Both the position numbers and the translations under genes were made by a program. The notes beneath the pieces are model-generated. The model saw only the letters and a list, made by a program, of their open reading frames with translations, was not told the origin of the DNA and did no database searches. This document shows positions 59,497-64,000 of a DNA stretch of 64,000 nucleotides, one piece after another (the stretch's first letter is position 1; each line of letters begins with the position of its first letter). The stretch lies in NCBI GenBank assembly GCA_041648595.1, contig JBAZOQ010000001.1, positions 82,242 through 146,241 on the forward strand, read 5' to 3'. This stretch comes from Minisyncoccota bacterium. Lineage in GTDB: Bacteria > Patescibacteriota > Minisyncoccia > Phycocordibacterales > UBA9973.

Positions 59497-60447
59497 TTAA
59501 TAAACCTTAACCCCGATTTTTTCCCGCACTTCTTCCATTTTTTTCGAGGCTATTTTTTTTGTTTTTTCACTACCTGCTTTTAAAATTGCTAATGCTTTAG
59601 GAATATCTTTTTCAAATTCTTTTCTTTTTTCTCTAAGTGGTGCAATAAATTTTTCTATATCCTCTATAAGTAATTCTTTTAATTCTTTATACTTCCCTTC
59701 TTTTTCTTTATAAATCTTTTTTAAATCATCTTCGTTTCTAAAAAGTTTATGAATAGCATATACATTTTTAGGAATTCCTTCGCTAGAATCTGTAACTATA
59801 CTCATTACACTTTTTTTTATTTCTTCATATTCTGCAAAAAGTGGAATATGATTATTATAACTCTTAGACATCTTTCTTCCATCTATACCAGGAACAGTAG
59901 CAACTTCTTCTATTATTTTCGGTTCTGGTAATTTAAATGTTTCTCCAAAAATACGATTAAATTTTTCTGCAGTATCACGAGCGATCTCTACGTGTTGTTT
60001 CTGGTCAGAACCTATCGGTACGATATCAGGACTATAAAGTAAAATATCTGCAGCCATAAGCATAGGATAATTGAACGTCCCAACACATATTTCTTTATTT
60101 TTAGCTTCCGCATCTTTAAATGCATGAGCACGCATAAGGTATGGCATTGTTGTTAAAGTATCAAAAATCCAAGCGAGTTCTGTGTGTTCACTTATATCTG
60201 ATTGTTTAAATATTACTAATTTTTCTGGATCGAGCCCGATAGCTAAATAATCTAATAAAACCCCTATTATATTCTTCTGCATTTCTTCCCTATTTTGAAT
60301 AAAATTCAAAGCATGATAATCAGCAATAAAAACATAGCCATCATAATCCTTTTGTAAATCAACAAACTGTTTCATTGCACCAAAATAGTTACCTATATGA
60401 GGTGCTCCTGTTGGTTTTACACCTGATAATAATATCTTTTTTGACAT
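59497..60447 (-). CDS. trpS: Tryptophan--tRNA ligase
   Basis: HIGNYFGA, YPMLMAADIL, GSDQKQH, KMSKS. Confidence 0.96.
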   Translation of the reverse strand: MSKKILLSGVKPTGAPHIGNYFGAMKQFVDLQKDYDGYVFIADYHALNFIQNREEMQKNIIGVLLDYLAIGLDPEKLVIFKQSDISEHTELAWIFDTLTTMPYLMRAHAFKDAEAKNKEICVGTFNYPMLMAADILLYSPDIVPIGSDQKQHVEIARDTAEKFNRIFGETFKLPEPKIIEEVATVPGIDGRKMSKSYNNHIPLFAEYEEIKKSVMSIVTDSSEGIPKNVYAIHKLFRNEDDLKKIYKEKEGKYKELKELLIEDIEKFIAPLREKRKEFEKDIPKALAILKAGSEKTKKIASKKMEEVREKIGVKVY

Positions 60448-60539
60448 ACTATAATATTATCATATTTGTCCCCATTTTAATAACATATTTAATAACTTTT
60501 TGATTTTGACTATTTTTTTACTATGCTAGAATAACTGGA

Positions 60540-61931
60540 ATGATAAAAACAAATAAAAACAACATACGAATCCCACCACAAAGTATTCCATCAGAACAAG
60601 CAGTATTGGGGTCTATAATGTTGCGTAAGGATGCCATACATGAAGTAGAAGATATTATAACTCCAGATTCTTTTTATGTTGAAAAACATAAAATAATTTT
60701 CAGAGCGATGCTAGATCTATCTTTTAAAAATGAACCAATAGATATGCTTTCACTTTCTACAAAATTAAGTGAGCAAAAAGTTTTAGAAAGAGTTGGTGGA
60801 AATCAATATTTAGCAGAAATAGTAAATGTAGTACCTTCTTCAACAAATGTTAAACATTATTCTGAAATTGTTCAAAAAAAATATGTCTTAAGAAGTTTGA
60901 TAGAAGCAGCTGATTATGTTTCAGAACTTGGTTTTGAAGAAGGAGATGATCACATGGATGACATATTAGATATGGCAGAGAAAAAAATATTTAGTGTAGT
61001 GTCGTCTCCAAAAAGTCAAAAATTTATAAATTTAAAAGATGCTCTACCTGAAGCATGGGAACGTCTTGAAAAATTACATGAACATAAAGGTGCACTCAGG
61101 GGTTTATCAACTGGATTTAAAGATTTAGATAATACACTCTCCGGTCTACAAAAATCAGATTTGATTATTATTGCTGCGAGACCTTCTATGGGAAAAACAA
61201 CGCTTGCTCTCGATATAGCTCGAATGGCTTCTGTCGTCCACGATAAATCTGTCTTAATTTTTTCTCTCGAAATGTCTTCCCAGCAATTAGTAGATAGAAT
61301 GCTTTCAGCACAATCGCGTGTAAATGCATGGAATTTACGTACTGGACATTTATCATCTGATAGAGATTTTTCCCAACTTCGTGATTCATTAGACAAACTC
61401 GCAAAAGCTAAAATTTATATTGATGATCAACCAGGCAACTCAATAGTCAGAATGAAAGCTCTTTCTCGAAGATTAAAAATAGAAAAAGGACTTGACCTTA
61501 TTGTAGTTGATTATTTACAACTTATGACTACTTCAAAAAATTATGATTCTATGGTAAATCAAGTGACAGAAATTTCAAGATCTTTAAAAAGCTTAGCTAA
61601 AGAGCTCGATGTGCCAGTATTAGCCTTATCTCAGCTTTCTCGTGCTGTAGAGAGCCGTGGTGGCAAGCCAAGACTCTCAGACCTTCGTGATTCAGGATCC
61701 ATAGAACAAGATGCAGATGTTGTAATGTTTATTCACAGAGAAGATAAAGGTAAAGATGAATCCGAAAAAACAAATATAGCTGAAATCTTAATCGAAAAAC
61801 ACAGAAATGGTCCAACTGGAAAAGTTGAACTTTACTTTGATGAAAAAACTACTACTTTCTTAAATCTTGAAAAAAGTAACCTAAGTGAATTTTCTGCGAC
61901 AAAAATAAGTGAGGATTTAGATGAGTTTTAA
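60540..61931 (+). CDS. dnaB: Replicative DNA helicase
   Basis: ARPSMGKT, FSLEM, VDYLQL, DLRDSGSIEQDAD. Confidence 0.97.
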   Translation: MIKTNKNNIRIPPQSIPSEQAVLGSIMLRKDAIHEVEDIITPDSFYVEKHKIIFRAMLDLSFKNEPIDMLSLSTKLSEQKVLERVGGNQYLAEIVNVVPSSTNVKHYSEIVQKKYVLRSLIEAADYVSELGFEEGDDHMDDILDMAEKKIFSVVSSPKSQKFINLKDALPEAWERLEKLHEHKGALRGLSTGFKDLDNTLSGLQKSDLIIIAARPSMGKTTLALDIARMASVVHDKSVLIFSLEMSSQQLVDRMLSAQSRVNAWNLRTGHLSSDRDFSQLRDSLDKLAKAKIYIDDQPGNSIVRMKALSRRLKIEKGLDLIVVDYLQLMTTSKNYDSMVNQVTEISRSLKSLAKELDVPVLALSQLSRAVESRGGKPRLSDLRDSGSIEQDADVVMFIHREDKGKDESEKTNIAEILIEKHRNGPTGKVELYFDEKTTTFLNLEKSNLSEFSATKISEDLDEF

Positions 61932-62046
61932 AATTTTACATAGTTCTTTTTAAAAGCCTTGGTAGGAGCGACGGCGACGGACAGAGAAAATTTTTAGCAA
62001 AAAATTTTTATGCTTTTTAAAAGAAGCTATGAAAAATTTTAAAACT
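61924..62046. repeat. Long imperfect inverted repeat overlapping the dnaB stop
   Basis: ~34-bp arms around a GC-rich interior ggtaggagcgacggcgacggacag. Confidence 0.75.
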
Positions 62047-62061
62047 TATAATTTACAAAAC

Positions 62062-62697
62062 ATGAACACAATAGAAAAATTAACTGAAATATTCAAAGAA
62101 TTCCCTGGCATAGGAGAGCGACAAGCAAAACGTTTTGTTTATTTTTTAATGTCCAAAAATGGAGATTATGGAGATATTTTATCCAATTTAATAAAAGATT
62201 TAAAAAAAGAAATAGCTCAATGTACTGAATGTTTTAAATTTTTCCTTTTAGATTCAAATAAAAATAAATCGTGTGAACTTTGTATAGATCAAAATATTGA
62301 TTCTTCTACTTTAATGATCGTTGAAAAAGATTCTGACCTAGAAAGTATACATAAAAGTAAAGTTTATAATGGTAAATATTTTATTTTAGGAGGACTAGTC
62401 CCCATAGTTGAGAAAAATACAAATTCAAAAATAAGAATGAATGAATTAATAGAAAAAATTAAAAGAGAGAAAAAAAACCCGCCAAAGGACGGGCAAGTCT
62501 TAAAAGAAATTGTTTTAGCTTTTTCTCTTAATCCTCAAGGCAATCACACTGATTTTTATATTAGAAATCAATTAAAACCTGTCACCGAATCACTAAACAT
62601 AAAAATCTCATCTTTAGGTAGGGGTCTATCCACAGGCACAGAACTCGAGTATTCCGACAACGACACTCTTAAAAATGCTTTGAAAAATAGACAATAA
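62062..62697 (+). CDS. recR: Recombination mediator RecR
   Basis: FPGIGERQAKR, CxxC..CxxC, Toprim-like region, GTELEYSD. Confidence 0.92.
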   Translation: MNTIEKLTEIFKEFPGIGERQAKRFVYFLMSKNGDYGDILSNLIKDLKKEIAQCTECFKFFLLDSNKNKSCELCIDQNIDSSTLMIVEKDSDLESIHKSKVYNGKYFILGGLVPIVEKNTNSKIRMNELIEKIKREKKNPPKDGQVLKEIVLAFSLNPQGNHTDFYIRNQLKPVTESLNIKISSLGRGLSTGTELEYSDNDTLKNALKNRQ

Positions 62698-63103
62698 AAA
62701 AGACCGTCACTAAATTACTAGCGACGGTTTTCTATTTTTGCCAATTGATCCATAATATAGAAGATTTGTTAGCTTAAAAATAGAAGTTTCTACTTTTAGC
62801 AACAAATTTCCCTCTGCATCGAGAGAGTTCTAAGATCCAGTCTGAATAATCTCAATAATATTCAATACCTGTTATTCTAGAGTGTGAATCCATTATTTTT
62901 TTATATATTCCGGGCTCCCTCTCTCTTGACGTATACTGGGTATTTACTTCCCAATAGCCCTTTAAATGTATTTTTACGGGATCAAATTTAGCAATAAAAA
63001 GAACATATATGTTCTCCTTTTTTTATTACTATTGCACAAATGAGTGTTTCTCACAAAGAACAATAGTTTTAATAACTATAAAACTATTCAATTTTTTAGT
63101 CAA

Positions 63104-63141
63104 TCAATACTCAATTTCTGCTATCGCTAAGTTTGAGTATT
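63104..63141. promoter_or_regulatory. Palindrome overlapping the stop of the PaaX-like gene
   Basis: aatactcaa-tttct-gctatcgc-taagt-ttgagtatt. Confidence 0.75.
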
Positions 63142-63627
63142 ATATGATTTAGCTAATTTAAATGTTTTAATACATTCTTTTAGTTTAATTTCATTTATAT
63201 AATCTAAAAAATCTTTTGGAAGTGGAGATGGTCCAACCCAAACACTTTTTTGAATCATCTCATAACCAAATTCTCGTAAGTTAAAACGAAACCATTCTCT
63301 TTCTGCTTTTTTGGTTTCCGGTATATCAAACATAACAAGCAAATTTTTAGGTGCTTCTTTTTTATAAGGTGAATTAAATATTAAAAATCTAACTTTTTTA
63401 TTTTCAACATATTTTCTTCCACTAGGTAATAACAAAATACAATCATCTTGTTTTAAGATGTGACCATTCTTATTTAATTGATGAATCGTATTATTTATAG
63501 ATTGTTTTTTATAAGGGAAAATGGCTGGCAAGCCAAGCATACTAACCGGCATACCTCTATATCTAAATTTTGGTTCTAATAGAAATTTTAAAATTTTACT
63601 TTCAATACTCAATTTCTGCGATAGCAT
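63127..63627 (-). CDS. PaaX-like protein (wHTH plus Cas2-like ferredoxin domain)
   Basis: LLVMFDIPETKKAEREWFR..L..GYEMIQKSVW. Confidence 0.8.
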   Translation of the reverse strand: MLSQKLSIESKILKFLLEPKFRYRGMPVSMLGLPAIFPYKKQSINNTIHQLNKNGHILKQDDCILLLPSGRKYVENKKVRFLIFNSPYKKEAPKNLLVMFDIPETKKAEREWFRFNLREFGYEMIQKSVWVGPSPLPKDFLDYINEIKLKECIKTFKLAKSYNTQT

Positions 63628-63638
63628 AATTTGAGTAT
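63602..63638. promoter_or_regulatory. Palindrome overlapping the -10 and start of the PaaX-like gene
   Basis: atactcaa-tttct-gcgatagc-ataat-ttgagtat. Confidence 0.75.
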
Positions 63639-64000
63639 AACATATTTATATAAGAAAATACTCTCAAAAATCGACAATAAAAAAACCAGCCAAAAATTTG
63701 ACTGGTTTAATATACTAATTTTACTAAACAAAACACAAATGGATCCTTGTTTGCTGCTTATTGCCAACATTGTAGACCAGGGGTATAACCGTGACCAACT
63801 GACACCTCTGTTTTCCCGCATTATTGCAGGCAGATTTTGTTTATAAGGCAAAATCCCTTGTCGACTACACATTGTCTCTTTACATCAAGAAATGGTTGGA
63901 TATAGTTAAAAAGATGCAGATTTACCTTTGAATCCGAACACTTGTAAAATAGAAAGATGAATAAGTTTAATCATTTTAATTTAGGCGAAAGAAAAAGAAT

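Noticed and set aside
2301-61404. Many antisense or overlapping ORFs in the track (e.g. 2301-2594, 18207-18767, 53721-54200, 61016-61396)
   Set aside because: They are shadows of well-supported genes on the other strand, with no motifs.
62029-62061. recR start at 62029
   Set aside because: That ATG lies in the inverted-repeat arm; MNTIEKL at 62062 fits a RecR N-terminus better.
63127-63627. Cas2-like motif as evidence for a CRISPR-Cas locus
   Set aside because: No repeat-spacer array or other cas gene; wHTH plus this domain fits PaaX-like proteins.
63609-64000. Short ORFs at the window end
   Set aside because: No recognisable motifs or translation signals, and context is truncated.

Overview
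AT-rich chromosomal window using genetic code 11. The gene content (divergent priA and holB, stand-alone SWIB, non-discriminating aspS, PaaX/Cas2-like gene, mostly SD-less starts) suggests a Patescibacteria/CPR genome, probably Parcubacteria; this is inference, not a search result. It holds housekeeping genes for cell wall and division, replication, repair and translation, three tRNAs (Trp-CCA, Leu-CAA, Gln-UUG) and a decaying defence islet (AbiEi/AbiEii, an amber-interrupted N6-methylase/RM fusion, a frameshifted HEPN gene). Most notable: (1) a TrpR-like YerC/HisR gene with three operator-like palindromes over its promoter, whose C-terminal His-His-His codons sit in a complete terminator/antiterminator layout upstream of an unknown gene; (2) several families of GC-rich palindromes inside ORFs of conserved genes; (3) small DNA-binding genes bracketed by their own palindromes, with matching sites inside miaA; (4) a MITE-like element inserted twice exactly at start codons; (5) a three-copy element whose outer stems are locus-specific inverted duplications; (6) orphan ORF cassettes with -35/-10 plus boxA-like leaders. 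No CRISPR array, rRNA, transposase or integrase was seen. All protein calls come from motif recognition by eye.
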